A DNA stretch of 29,385 nucleotides from Chlamydiota bacterium (GTDB lineage Bacteria > Auribacterota > Tritonobacteria > UBA1439): the NCBI GenBank assembly GCA_037133055.1, contig JBAXOY010000025.1:1-29385 (forward strand). Direction: 5' to 3'. Position 1 is the first letter of the stretch; the number at the start of each line of letters is the position of its first letter. Under the pieces are notes generated by a model that worked only from the letters and a program-made list of their open reading frames with translations, was not told the DNA's origin and did not search any database. This document shows positions 9,270-19,258 of this stretch, piece by piece. Position numbers and translations under genes: made by a program.

Positions 9270-9314
9270 CACAGAGGTCACAGAGGTCACAGAGGTCACA
9301 GAGGTCACAGGGGG
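9270..9314 (+). repeat. Perfect 9-bp tandem repeat (CACAGAGGT)x4 plus a variant fifth unit
   Basis: CACAGAGGT at 9270, 9279, 9288 and 9297, then CACAGGGGG at 9306. Confidence 0.95.
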
Positions 9315-9420
9315 CGCGGGGGTATACGCGCTGGCGTGTGGCACAGATGAACGCAGGCTGCGGCAACCGGTGTGTAGCTGTGGTGAACGTAAGAGCTGTC
9401 TCTCTTCCTGGGGCTTAGAT

Positions 9421-10512
9421 ATGGGCATCGAGATATTGCTGAAGCGGGACGCCGAGTGGCTCAAGGGCGAGGGGCCGGACGCCAGGATAGTCGTGAGCAG
9501 CCGCGTCCGGTTCGCGCGGAACCTGCGCGGCTTCACCTTCCCCGGGCGGGCCGACGCGCAGACCCGCATCCGGGTGCGGGACAGCGTCGGGAAGGCCATC
9601 GAGGGCAGCCGCCTCATGCAGGGCTCTCTCACGGTCCGCCTCGACGAGATCGGGGAGCTCGACAGGCAGTTCCTGGTCGAGCGGCACCTGAGCAGCCGGG
9701 AGCACGCCCGGGGCGACGAGGGGAGCGCGCTCGTGGTCGGCGACCAGGAGATCCTGAGCATCATGGTGAACGAGGAGGATCACTTGCGCATCCAGACCCT
9801 TCGCTCCGGCTTCCAGCTCGGCAGGGCCATCGAGGAGATCAGCGAACTTGACGATGAGCTGGAAGAGCAGCTCGAGTACGCGTTTCTCCCCACGGTCGGT
9901 TACCTCACCTCGTGCCCGACGAACGTCGGCACGGGCTTGCGGGCCTCCGTCATGATGCATCTGCCCGGGCTGGTCATCGCCAACCAGATCAACCAGGTCC
10001 TCCAGGCGATCGCGAAGCTCGGGCTGGCGGTGCGGGGCCTGTACGGGGAGGGGACGGAGGCGTCCGGGAACCTGTTCCAGATCTCGAACCAGGTCACCCT
10101 CGGCATGTCGGAGGAGGACATCGTCGACAACCTCGGGAAGGTGATACGCCAGATCGTCGAGCACGAGAAGAAGGCCCAGCAGGCGCTCTTCAAGAGGAGC
10201 CTGAAGGCGCTCGAAGACCGCGTCTACCGGGCCCACGGGCTGCTCACCGGCGCCCGCATCATCACCTCGAAGGAGACGATCGAGCTCCTGTCGGCACTGA
10301 AGCTCGGCCTCGACTTCCACCTGATCGGCCTCGACCTCGGGACGATCAACGAGCTCTTCATCGTCACCCAGCCCGCCCACCTGCAGAAGCTCGCCGGAAA
10401 GGAACTGAAGCCCGAGGAGCGGGATATCTTCAGGGCCGACCTCGTGCGGAGCAGACTGGGGGAGGGCCGTCAAAATCCCAAATCCCAAATCCCAAATCCC
10501 AAAGAGGAGTAG
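9421..10512 (+). CDS. mcsB: Protein-arginine kinase McsB, 363 aa
   Basis: 'IVVSSRVRFARN', 'LVERHLSS', 'MVNEEDHLRIQ', 'GYLTSCPTNVGTGLRASVMMHLP', 'VRGLYGEG', 'QISNQVTLG', 'QPAHLQ'. Family-like sequence begins at ATG 9421, not at the ORF-track start 8698. Confidence 0.96.
   Translation: MGIEILLKRDAEWLKGEGPDARIVVSSRVRFARNLRGFTFPGRADAQTRIRVRDSVGKAIEGSRLMQGSLTVRLDEIGELDRQFLVERHLSSREHARGDEGSALVVGDQEILSIMVNEEDHLRIQTLRSGFQLGRAIEEISELDDELEEQLEYAFLPTVGYLTSCPTNVGTGLRASVMMHLPGLVIANQINQVLQAIAKLGLAVRGLYGEGTEASGNLFQISNQVTLGMSEEDIVDNLGKVIRQIVEHEKKAQQALFKRSLKALEDRVYRAHGLLTGARIITSKETIELLSALKLGLDFHLIGLDLGTINELFIVTQPAHLQKLAGKELKPEERDIFRADLVRSRLGEGRQNPKSQIPNPKEE
10473..10503 (+). repeat. (AAATCCC)x4+AAA heptamer array inside the 3' end of mcsB
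   Basis: Four perfect units, translated as QNPKSQIPNPK, ending immediately before the clpC SD (GAGGAG 10504-10509). Confidence 0.95.
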
Positions 10513-10515
10513 AAA

Positions 10516-12990
10516 ATGTTCGACAGATTCACGGACAGGGCGCGGCGGGTGATCATACTCGCGCGCAAGGAAGCCGACCGCTTCAACCACAACTACATCG
10601 GCACCGAGCACCTCCTGCTCGGCCTTATACGCCTCGGGCAGGGCGTCGCGGTGAACGTCCTGAGGGGGCAAGGGCTCGACTTCGAAACCATACGCGTGGA
10701 GGTCGAAAAGGCGGTGGGGACGGGGCCGGAGACCAAGGTGATCGGGGATATCCCCCTCACCGCGCGCGCCAAGAAGGTCATCGAGCTCGCGGTCGAAGAG
10801 GCGCGGAACCTCAACCATACCTATATCGGCACCGAGCACCTCCTTCTCGGCCTTCTCCAGGAGGGCGAGGGCGTGGCGGCGAAGATACTTCGCACCCTGA
10901 ACGTGGACGTCGAGAAGACGCGCCAGGACGTCCTGCGGGAGCTCCAGTCCACCATGGGGCAGCAGCCCGGGGAGGAGGAGGAGGGCGCCCCCGGGGGGGA
11001 GCAGCCGCGGCAGCCCCAGCCCGCTACGCGGACGAAGTTTCCCGCCCTGAAGGCCTTCGGCAGGAACCTCACCGAACTCGCCCGCACCGGCACGCTCGAC
11101 CCGATCATCGGCCGGGCCATGGAGATCGAGCGCGTCATACAGGTGCTCTGCCGCAGGAGAAAGAACAACCCGGTGCTGCTCGGCGAGGCGGGCGTCGGGA
11201 AGACGGCGATCGTGGAGGGGCTCGCGCAGCGGATCGTTTCGGGGGACGTGCCCGAGATCCTCAGGGATCGGGAGCTCATCACGCTGGACCTCGCCTTGAT
11301 GGTCGCCGGGACAAAGTATCGCGGGCAGTTCGAGGAGCGCATCAAGGCGGTGATGGAGGAGATACGGAAGGCGGGGAACGTCGTTCTCTTCATCGACGAG
11401 CTCCACACCATCGTGGGGGCCGGCGCGGCCGAGGGGGCGATCGACGCCTCGAACATCCTCAAACCCGCGCTCTCCCGCGGGGAGCTCCAGTGCGTCGGGG
11501 CGACCACCATGAACGAGTACCGGAAGTACATCGAGAAGGACGCCGCCCTCGAGAGGCGGTTCCAGACGATCATCGTCGAGCCGCCCACCGTTGCCCAGAC
11601 CATCGAAATTCTGAACGGGCTACGGCACAAGTACGAGGAGCACCACAGGGTCAGGTACACGGAGGAGGCGCTGCGGGCCTCCGCCGAGCTGTCCGATCGC
11701 TACGTGACCGGGCGGTTCCTTCCGGACAAGGCCATAGATCTTATCGACGAGTCCGGCGCGAAGGCGAGGATCTCCGTGATGACCCGGCCCCGGGAGATAA
11801 AGTCGCTCGAGGATGAGATCGAGGTGATGCGCCGGCAGAAGGAGGACGCGATCCGGGAGCAGGACTTCGAGAAGGCGGCGAGCCTCCGGGACAACGAGAA
11901 GAGGAATCGCGCGGGCCTCCAGGCGACCGTGGACATGTGGCGGAAGGAGCAGGTCGACAGGGTGGTGACCGTCTCGGAGGAGGATATCGCCTCGATCGTT
12001 TCGAAGTGGACCGGGATACCGCTCTCGCGCCTCGAGGAGGCGGAGACCGAGAAGCTCCTCCGGATGGAGGAGGAACTGGGAAAAACCGTCGTGGGGCAGG
12101 ACGAGGGGGTGGGGATCATCTCCCGGGCGCTCAGGCGGTCCCGCGCGCACCTGAAGGACCCGCGGCGCCCGATCGGCTCGTTCGTCTTCCTCGGGCCCAC
12201 CGGAGTGGGAAAGACCCTTCTCGCGCGCGCGATGGCGGAGTTCATGTTCGGGGACGAGGACACGCTCATCCAGCTCGACATGTCCGAGTACGCGGAGAAG
12301 TTCTCGGCATCGCGGCTCACCGGGTCCCCCCCCGGGTACGTCGGCTACGAGGAGGGCGGACAGCTCACGGAGCAGGTGCGCCGCAGGCCGTACTGCATCG
12401 TGCTCTTCGACGAGATCGAGAAGGCGCACCCCGACGTGATGCACGTCCTGCTCCAGATCCTCGAGGAGGGAAAGCTCACGGACAGCCTCGGGCGCACGGT
12501 CAACTTCAGGAACACCGTCGTCATCATGACCTCAAACGTGGGCGCCGATCTCCTGAGGAAGGGAACCACCGTGGGGTTCGGCGCGGGGGGAGAGGCGGCG
12601 GATTACCAGGGGATGAAGGACAAGATCATGGGCGAGGTAAAGAAGTCCTTCAAGCCCGAGTTTTTGAATCGACTGGACGACACCATCGTCTTCAGGGCGC
12701 TCAGCCGCGGCGATCTCGGGAAAATCGTGGCGATCGAGACGCGCAAGGTCGAGGAACGGCTGAAAAACCAGGGCGTGTCCATCACGCTCGACGATCGGGC
12801 ACGGGACTTTTTGATCGAAAAGGGATACGATCCGCAGTTCGGGGCGCGGCCGCTCAGAAGGGCGATCGAGCGAAGCATCGAGGACCGGCTCGCGGAGGAG
12901 ATCCTGCGCGGAAGGGTGAAACGCGGGGCCTCCGTCGAGATCAGCTCGGACGGGAAGGAGCTGATCTATCCGGGGCTGGGGGGAGAATGA
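10516..12990 (+). CDS. clpC: ATP-dependent Clp protease ATPase subunit ClpC
   Basis: Two Clp-N repeats (GTEHLLLGL x2), AAA1 GEAGVGKT / FIDELH, a short UVR-type M domain '[15 protein letters not shown]', AAA2 GPTGVGKT / LFDEIEKAH, and 'GARPLRR'. Follows mcsAB. Confidence 0.97.
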   Translation: MFDRFTDRARRVIILARKEADRFNHNYIGTEHLLLGLIRLGQGVAVNVLRGQGLDFETIRVEVEKAVGTGPETKVIGDIPLTARAKKVIELAVEEARNLNHTYIGTEHLLLGLLQEGEGVAAKILRTLNVDVEKTRQDVLRELQSTMGQQPGEEEEGAPGGEQPRQPQPATRTKFPALKAFGRNLTELARTGTLDPIIGRAMEIERVIQVLCRRRKNNPVLLGEAGVGKTAIVEGLAQRIVSGDVPEILRDRELITLDLALMVAGTKYRGQFEERIKAVMEEIRKAGNVVLFIDELHTIVGAGAAEGAIDASNILKPALSRGELQCVGATTMNEYRKYIEKDAALERRFQTIIVEPPTVAQTIEILNGLRHKYEEHHRVRYTEEALRASAELSDRYVTGRFLPDKAIDLIDESGAKARISVMTRPREIKSLEDEIEVMRRQKEDAIREQDFEKAASLRDNEKRNRAGLQATVDMWRKEQVDRVVTVSEEDIASIVSKWTGIPLSRLEEAETEKLLRMEEELGKTVVGQDEGVGIISRALRRSRAHLKDPRRPIGSFVFLGPTGVGKTLLARAMAEFMFGDEDTLIQLDMSEYAEKFSASRLTGSPPGYVGYEEGGQLTEQVRRRPYCIVLFDEIEKAHPDVMHVLLQILEEGKLTDSLGRTVNFRNTVVIMTSNVGADLLRKGTTVGFGAGGEAADYQGMKDKIMGEVKKSFKPEFLNRLDDTIVFRALSRGDLGKIVAIETRKVEERLKNQGVSITLDDRARDFLIEKGYDPQFGARPLRRAIERSIEDRLAEEILRGRVKRGASVEISSDGKELIYPGLGGE

Positions 12991-13009
12991 CGCGGGACGC
13001 CGTGCCCAT

Positions 13010-13045
13010 CCTATAGGTCTTATAGGCCCTATAGGACCTGCAGGA
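13010..13045. repeat. 9-bp tandem array of palindromic octamers
   Basis: CCTATAGGT CTTATAGGC CCTATAGGA CCTGCAGGA. Confidence 0.9.
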
Positions 13046-13052
13046 CGGAGAC

Positions 13053-14504
13053 GTGAAAGAAGCCAGGACAAAGCCGGTCTTCGTGTGCAGCGCCTGCGGG
13101 CGCGAGTCGACGCGGTGGCTCGGGAAATGCCCCGGCTGCGACGCGTGGAACACGCTTGAGGAGGAGCTCCCCCGGGCAAAGGCGCCGCGCCGGGCCGCGG
13201 CGCCGCGCCGGGCCGCAAGGCCGCTCGACGGGGACGCGGGTGCTCCGCAGGCGCGCGAACGCTTCCCGACGGGGATGGCCGAGTTCGACGGGCTCCTGGG
13301 CGGCGGGATCGTGCCCGGCTCGTTCGTCCTCATCGGGGGCGAGCCGGGGATCGGGAAGTCCACCCTCATGCTCCAGGTCGCGTCGTGCCTCGCGAAGAAG
13401 GGCGTCCGGGTCCTCTACGTGAGCGCCGAGGAGTCGTTCGAGCAGACCGGGATGCGCGCGAAGCGCGTCGGGGCCTCCGCGGAGAGCCTGTTCATCCTCT
13501 GCGAGCCGGACGTGACCGCCATCATCGAGGAGGCCCGGACGCTCAAGGCGGCGGTCGTGGTGGTCGATTCCATCCAGATCATTTACCATCCGGATGTCCC
13601 CTCCTCGCCCGGCAGCGTGAACCAGGTGCGGGAATGCGCGAGCGCGCTCATGCAGGCCGCGAAGGGGGAGGGGGTGAGCGTTTTCGTCGTCGGGCACGTG
13701 ACGAAGAGCGGGGACATCGCGGGCCCGCGGATGCTCGAGCACATGGTGGACACGGTGCTCTACTTCGAGGGGGACCGGTACCACAGCTACCGCGTGCTGC
13801 GCACGCAGAAAAACCGCTTCGGGTCCACGGAGGAGGTGGGGATCTTCTCGATGGGGCCGGAGGGGCTGAGGGAGGTCGGCGACCCGTCGAAACTGTTTCT
13901 CGAGGAGCGCCGGGCTGAAAACGCCGGGAGCGTGGTGACGCCCTCGATGGAGGGGACGCGTCCGATTCTCGTGGAGATACAGGCGCTCGTCGGCGCCCGG
14001 TGCTACGGCGTCCCGCAGCGGAGGAGCGTCGGGGTGGACTACAACCGGCTGTGCATGCTGCTCGCCGTGCTCGAGACGCGGGCGGGCGTGAACCTTCGCG
14101 ACCGGGACGTCTTCGTGAGCGTGGCGGGAGGCCTCGCCGTGGACGAGCCGGCCATCGATCTCGCGATCGCGCTCGCGCTCGCCTCGAGCCTCACGGGGAA
14201 CGCGGTGCCCGCCGACCTTGTCGCGATAGGGGAGGTCGGGCTCGGGGGAGAGCTCCGCGGCTGCCGGCACCTGGCGCGGCGGATCAAAGAGGCGGCGAAG
14301 CTCGGATTCGCGAGGGCGCTCGTGCCGCGCTCGGTCGCGGAGGCGGAGGGGGGCACGCACGGCCTGACGCTTATCCCGTGCGACACGGTCCAGGAAGCGA
14401 TCAGGGCGGTGCTGAAAGAGGGAAAAACGAAAAATAACGCGCACATTCTCACCACGGAGAGCACGGAGCACACGGAGAAATTGGACGCGGATCGCCGCGG
14501 ATGA
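13053..14504 (+). CDS. radA: DNA repair protein RadA/Sms
   Basis: C4 Zn finger (CSAC...CPGC), Walker A GEPGIGKST, 'VVDSIQ', 'GHVTKSG', KNRFG motif, and a Lon-like C-terminal domain 'GEVGLGGELR'. GTG start after GGAG. Confidence 0.97.
   Translation: MKEARTKPVFVCSACGRESTRWLGKCPGCDAWNTLEEELPRAKAPRRAAAPRRAARPLDGDAGAPQARERFPTGMAEFDGLLGGGIVPGSFVLIGGEPGIGKSTLMLQVASCLAKKGVRVLYVSAEESFEQTGMRAKRVGASAESLFILCEPDVTAIIEEARTLKAAVVVVDSIQIIYHPDVPSSPGSVNQVRECASALMQAAKGEGVSVFVVGHVTKSGDIAGPRMLEHMVDTVLYFEGDRYHSYRVLRTQKNRFGSTEEVGIFSMGPEGLREVGDPSKLFLEERRAENAGSVVTPSMEGTRPILVEIQALVGARCYGVPQRRSVGVDYNRLCMLLAVLETRAGVNLRDRDVFVSVAGGLAVDEPAIDLAIALALASSLTGNAVPADLVAIGEVGLGGELRGCRHLARRIKEAAKLGFARALVPRSVAEAEGGTHGLTLIPCDTVQEAIRAVLKEGKTKNNAHILTTESTEHTEKLDADRRG
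13181..13216 (+). repeat. Exact 18-bp in-frame tandem duplication in the radA linker
   Basis: GGCGCCGCGCCGGGCCGC x2, encoding APRRAA twice. Confidence 0.85.
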
Positions 14505-14569
14505 ACGCGGATTACGGTTTGAACCGCTTGAACAAAGCCTTTCACCACGAAGGCGCGCAGGACACGAAG
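14446..14569 (+). repeat. Composite array of four different tandem modules across the radA stop
   Basis: CACGGAG x3 (14453, 14462, 14471; period 9); CGCGGAT x3 (14486, 14496, 14506; period 10); TTGAAC x2 (14519, 14528); CACGAAG / CGCGCAG / CACGAAG (14546, 14554, 14563). Confidence 0.9.
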
Positions 14570-14588
14570 CAAGCCGGGGGATAAATCC

Positions 14589-15365
14589 GTGGACGTGGTG
14601 GCAATCATCGTGGCGGCAGGGATGGGGAGGAGGATGGGGGACAAACCCAAGGCCCTCCTCGACCTGGGAGGGAAACCGCTCCTCTGCCGTTCACTGGATG
14701 TTTTTCAGGCCTCGCCCCTCATCGACGGAATAGTCGTCGCCGTGCCCCCGGGGATGCGCTCCATGTTCAGGGACGAGTTCGCGCCCCTCCGGGGGTATTC
14801 CAAGATCGTCGCATGGGTCGAGGGCGGCGCGCGGAGGCAGGACTCGGTGGCCGCGGCGCTCGAAGCTGTCCCCGCCGATGCGAAATTCATCGCGGTGCAC
14901 GATGCCGCCCGGCCGTGCGTGACCGGGGACCTCATCCGCCGCGTGGTCGAGGCCGCTCGCGAAAAGGGAGCCGCCATCCCCGGGATCAAGGTCGTGGATA
15001 CGATAAAGGAAATCGGCGAGGCGGGCGTCGTGGTGCGCTCGCCCGCGCGCGAGCGGCTCCGGGCGGTGCAGACGCCGCAGGTCTTCTCCGCCGACCTCCT
15101 CAGGAAGGCGTATCGCGCCGTCGAGGAGAAGGGGATCACGGTGACGGACGACGCGTCGCTCGTGGAGCGGCTCGGGCATCCGGTCATGGCGGTGGAGGGG
15201 CACCGGGACAACATAAAGATCACCGTGCCCGGGGACATCCAAAGAGCGGAGGGGATATTGAAATCCCGAATCCAAAATCCCGAATCCCAAAAGAAAATGG
15301 ACGACGGAATTCAGGCGGGGGAAAAGGCGTGCTCTCAACGCGGCATGAGGCGGAAGAAGAGATGA
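14589..15365 (+). CDS. ispD: 2-C-methyl-D-erythritol 4-phosphate cytidylyltransferase
   Basis: 'AAGMGRRMG..PK', 'GGARRQDSV', 'VHDAARP', 'DTIK', 'VQTPQVF', 'TDDASLVE', 'NIKIT.P.D'. Confidence 0.96.
   Translation: MDVVAIIVAAGMGRRMGDKPKALLDLGGKPLLCRSLDVFQASPLIDGIVVAVPPGMRSMFRDEFAPLRGYSKIVAWVEGGARRQDSVAAALEAVPADAKFIAVHDAARPCVTGDLIRRVVEAAREKGAAIPGIKVVDTIKEIGEAGVVVRSPARERLRAVQTPQVFSADLLRKAYRAVEEKGITVTDDASLVERLGHPVMAVEGHRDNIKITVPGDIQRAEGILKSRIQNPESQKKMDDGIQAGEKACSQRGMRRKKR
15261..15291 (+). repeat. Degenerate AAATCCC-family heptamer array x4 in the 3' end of ispD
   Basis: AAATCCC GAATCCA AAATCCC GAATCCC AAA, translated as KSRIQNPESQK. Confidence 0.88.
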
Positions 15366-15862
15366 AAATCGGAATCGGCTTCGACGCGCACCGTTTCGTG
15401 CGGGGCAGGAAGCTTGTCCTCGGGGGGATCGAAATCCCGCACGCCTGGGGTCTCGAGGGGCACTCGGACGCGGACGCGCTCCTGCACGCGGTCTGCGACG
15501 CGATGCTCGGCGCGCTCGCGCTCGGCGACATCGGCAAGCATTTCCCCGACACCGACGCGCGCTACAAGGGGATCGCGAGCGCGGAGCTCCTTCGCCACGT
15601 CGGCGAACACGTCGCGCAGCGCGGGTACCGCATCGGCAACATCGACGCCATGATCGTCGCGGAGAAGCCCCGGATCGCCCCCCACGTCGACGCGATGCGC
15701 GCGAGGATCGCCGCGGTCCTCGGATGCGCGCTCGACGACGTAGGGATCAAGGCGACCACGACCGAGGGAATGGGCTTCTGCGGCAGGGGGGAGGGGGTCG
15801 CCGCCATGGCGGTCGTCCTCCTCGAAAAGGTCGACAAGGCCGAGCGGCTCGAGTTGTGCTGA
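15362..15862 (+). CDS. ispF: 2-C-methyl-D-erythritol 2,4-cyclodiphosphate synthase
   Basis: 'MKIGIGFDAHRF', 'GHSDADALLHAVCDA', 'GDIGKHFPD', 'KATTTEGMGF.GRGEG'. ATGA overlap with the ispD stop. Confidence 0.97.
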   Translation: MKIGIGFDAHRFVRGRKLVLGGIEIPHAWGLEGHSDADALLHAVCDAMLGALALGDIGKHFPDTDARYKGIASAELLRHVGEHVAQRGYRIGNIDAMIVAEKPRIAPHVDAMRARIAAVLGCALDDVGIKATTTEGMGFCGRGEGVAAMAVVLLEKVDKAERLELC

Positions 15863-15881
15863 AGGAACACAGGGGCAGGAT

Positions 15882-17342
<1,461 letters not shown>

Positions 17343-17365
17343 TGACAACCGCAAGGAGGATCGAC

Positions 17366-18010
17366 ATGAAGGGCCGTTTCATCACCATCGAGGGACCGGA
17401 CGGGTGCGGCAAGACGACCCAGACCGAACTGCTCGTAAAGGCGCTGCGGGACGAGGGGCGGGATATCATCGTCACGCGCGAGCCGGGCGGGACCAGGATA
17501 GGGGAGGAGATACGGGCGCTCGTGCTGAGCGCGAAGTACGAGGAGATGCAGCCCCTCACCGAGCTTCTTCTCATGTCGGCGAGCCGCTCCCAGCACGTCC
17601 TCGAAAAGATCGGGCCTGCGCTCACGGAGGGGAAGATCATCGTCTGCTCGCGCTTCACCGACGCGACCATCGCCTACCAGGGGTACGGGCGCGGGTTCGA
17701 CATCGAGCTGCTCGAGAAGGTGAACCGGATCGCGACGACCGGCGTCTGGCCGGACCTGACGATCATCCTCGACATCGACGTGAAGGAGGGCCTGCGGCGC
17801 GCCTTCAAGGTCGAGAAGACCGAGGCGAAGAGCGGGGAGGGCGACCGCCTCGAGAGCGAGGACATCGGCTTCCACGAGCGGGTGCGCGAGGGATACCTGG
17901 CGCTCGCGAAGAAATACCCGAAGCGAGTGAAGGTGATCGATGCGGCCGGGACGATCGAACAGGTGCGCGCCGCGGTTATGAAGGAAGTGAAGGCGACATT
18001 CGAAAAGTAG
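17366..18010 (+). CDS. tmk: Thymidylate kinase, 214 aa
   Basis: SD AAGGAGG at 17353-17359. 'FITIEGPDGCGKTTQ', 'TREPGGT', 'AYQGYGRG', 'PDLT', 'DRLE...FHERVREGY'. Confidence 0.96.
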   Translation: MKGRFITIEGPDGCGKTTQTELLVKALRDEGRDIIVTREPGGTRIGEEIRALVLSAKYEEMQPLTELLLMSASRSQHVLEKIGPALTEGKIIVCSRFTDATIAYQGYGRGFDIELLEKVNRIATTGVWPDLTIILDIDVKEGLRRAFKVEKTEAKSGEGDRLESEDIGFHERVREGYLALAKKYPKRVKVIDAAGTIEQVRAAVMKEVKATFEK

Positions 18011-18057
18011 GGTCTTCCCTCCTCGCGGGGGGATAGGGGCGGCAACGGAGAGAAGAG

Positions 18058-19224
18058 ATGGGCCTTGCGGCGGTGCGCGGGCAGGAGCAGGCGACCGGCC
18101 TCCTGAAAAGGAGCGTCGCGGAGGGGAGGATCGCACACGCCTATCTCTTCCATGGCCCGGACGGCGTCGGCAAGGAGCTCGCGGCGAAGAACTTCGCCAA
18201 GCTCCTCAACTGCCGCTCGCCGAAGAACGGCGACGCGTGCGACTTCTGCGGGGAGTGCCTTCTGGCCGAGAAGAACGGCCACCCGGACGTGCTCTGGCTC
18301 AGGCCCTCGGGCAAGACGCGGATCATCTACATCGGGAATCCGGACAGCCCCAAAAGCGGTTCGGTGCGGGATTTCCAGCGGAGGGTGGCGCTCAAGCCGT
18401 TCCAGGGGAAGTGGAAGGTCGGCATCTTCGTCGACGCGGACTGCATGGAGGAGGCCGCACAGAACGCGATCCTGAAGACGCTCGAGGAGCCCCCCGGGCA
18501 CACGGTGATCATCCTGATCACCGCGCGCCCGGAGTCTCTCCTCCCCACCATCCTCTCCCGCTGCCGGGCGGTGCGGTTCGGCCCGATGCGGGAGGAGGAG
18601 CTCGGGGAGTTGCTCCGCGGGGAGTACGGACTCAACCACGACGACGCGAAGGCGCTGAGCCGCCTGACCGAGGGGCGGATGGGCGAGGCGGTGCGGGCGA
18701 TCCGCGATGAGCGGCTCGACGAGGCGCGTCGGCTGTCGCATCGGCTCTCCTCGGGGGAGCCGGGATACTGGCGCGCGGTCGCGGGGCCCCTGGGGATCTT
18801 CGAGGATTCCCTGCGGAAGGCGCGGGAGGCGATCGAGGCCGATCTGGTGGCGCGGGGGCTCATGGACCCCCCGGGCGCGGCGGGCGAAAGGCGGGCGACG
18901 GGCGATGAGGAGGACGATGAGCGCGAAAAGCAGGCGGCCGCGTTCATCGAGGGGGAAATGCGGCGCAGGCACGAAGAGATGCTCCGCCAGCTTCTCGCGT
19001 GGTACCGGGACCTGATGGTGTGGAATCTCTCGGGGAGCGAGGCGCTCCTCGTGGGGGCGGCCCCCGTCGGCGACATCACGCGGGCGGCACGCGGGATGAG
19101 TCCTGCGGAAATCGGGGAGCGCGTGAAGCTCATCGAGGCGGCGCTCGAGGCGCTGTGGATGAACGCGGATTTCCACGCGGTGACGGAGAACCTGCTGGTA
19201 CAATTGACCGTGCGGGAGGCGTAA
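18058..19224 (+). CDS. holB: DNA polymerase III subunit delta'
   Basis: 'HAYLFHGPDGVGK', Zn Cys cluster (C...CDFCGEC), 'HPDV', 'AQNAILKTLEEPP', 'LLPTILSRC'. Sits in the tmk-holB-PSP1 synteny. Confidence 0.93.
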   Translation: MGLAAVRGQEQATGLLKRSVAEGRIAHAYLFHGPDGVGKELAAKNFAKLLNCRSPKNGDACDFCGECLLAEKNGHPDVLWLRPSGKTRIIYIGNPDSPKSGSVRDFQRRVALKPFQGKWKVGIFVDADCMEEAAQNAILKTLEEPPGHTVIILITARPESLLPTILSRCRAVRFGPMREEELGELLRGEYGLNHDDAKALSRLTEGRMGEAVRAIRDERLDEARRLSHRLSSGEPGYWRAVAGPLGIFEDSLRKAREAIEADLVARGLMDPPGAAGERRATGDEEDDEREKQAAAFIEGEMRRRHEEMLRQLLAWYRDLMVWNLSGSEALLVGAAPVGDITRAARGMSPAEIGERVKLIEAALEALWMNADFHAVTENLLVQLTVREA

Positions 19225-19258
19225 GGTTTTTCGCTGATTCCGACAGGGGGCTTGCTCT

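Noticed and set aside
9270..9310. AGGTCAC direct repeats as a CtsR operator in the mcsAB-clpC operon
   Set aside because: The CtsR box is RGTCAAA-NAN-RGTCAAA with 10-bp period at the promoter. This array has 9-bp period, lacks the AAA, lies after mcsA, and belongs to the CAC(A/G)GAG family also seen at unrelated junctions.
14446..14569. Possible CRISPR or mini-CRISPR array
   Set aside because: Units are 6-10 bp with 1-3 bp gaps. There are no 23-47 bp repeats with unique spacers and no cas genes in the window.
18016..18033. TCCCTCC/GGGGGGA hairpin between tmk and holB as a terminator
   Set aside because: Short stem with a G-U pair, no U-tract, and it lies inside a conserved co-transcribed pair.
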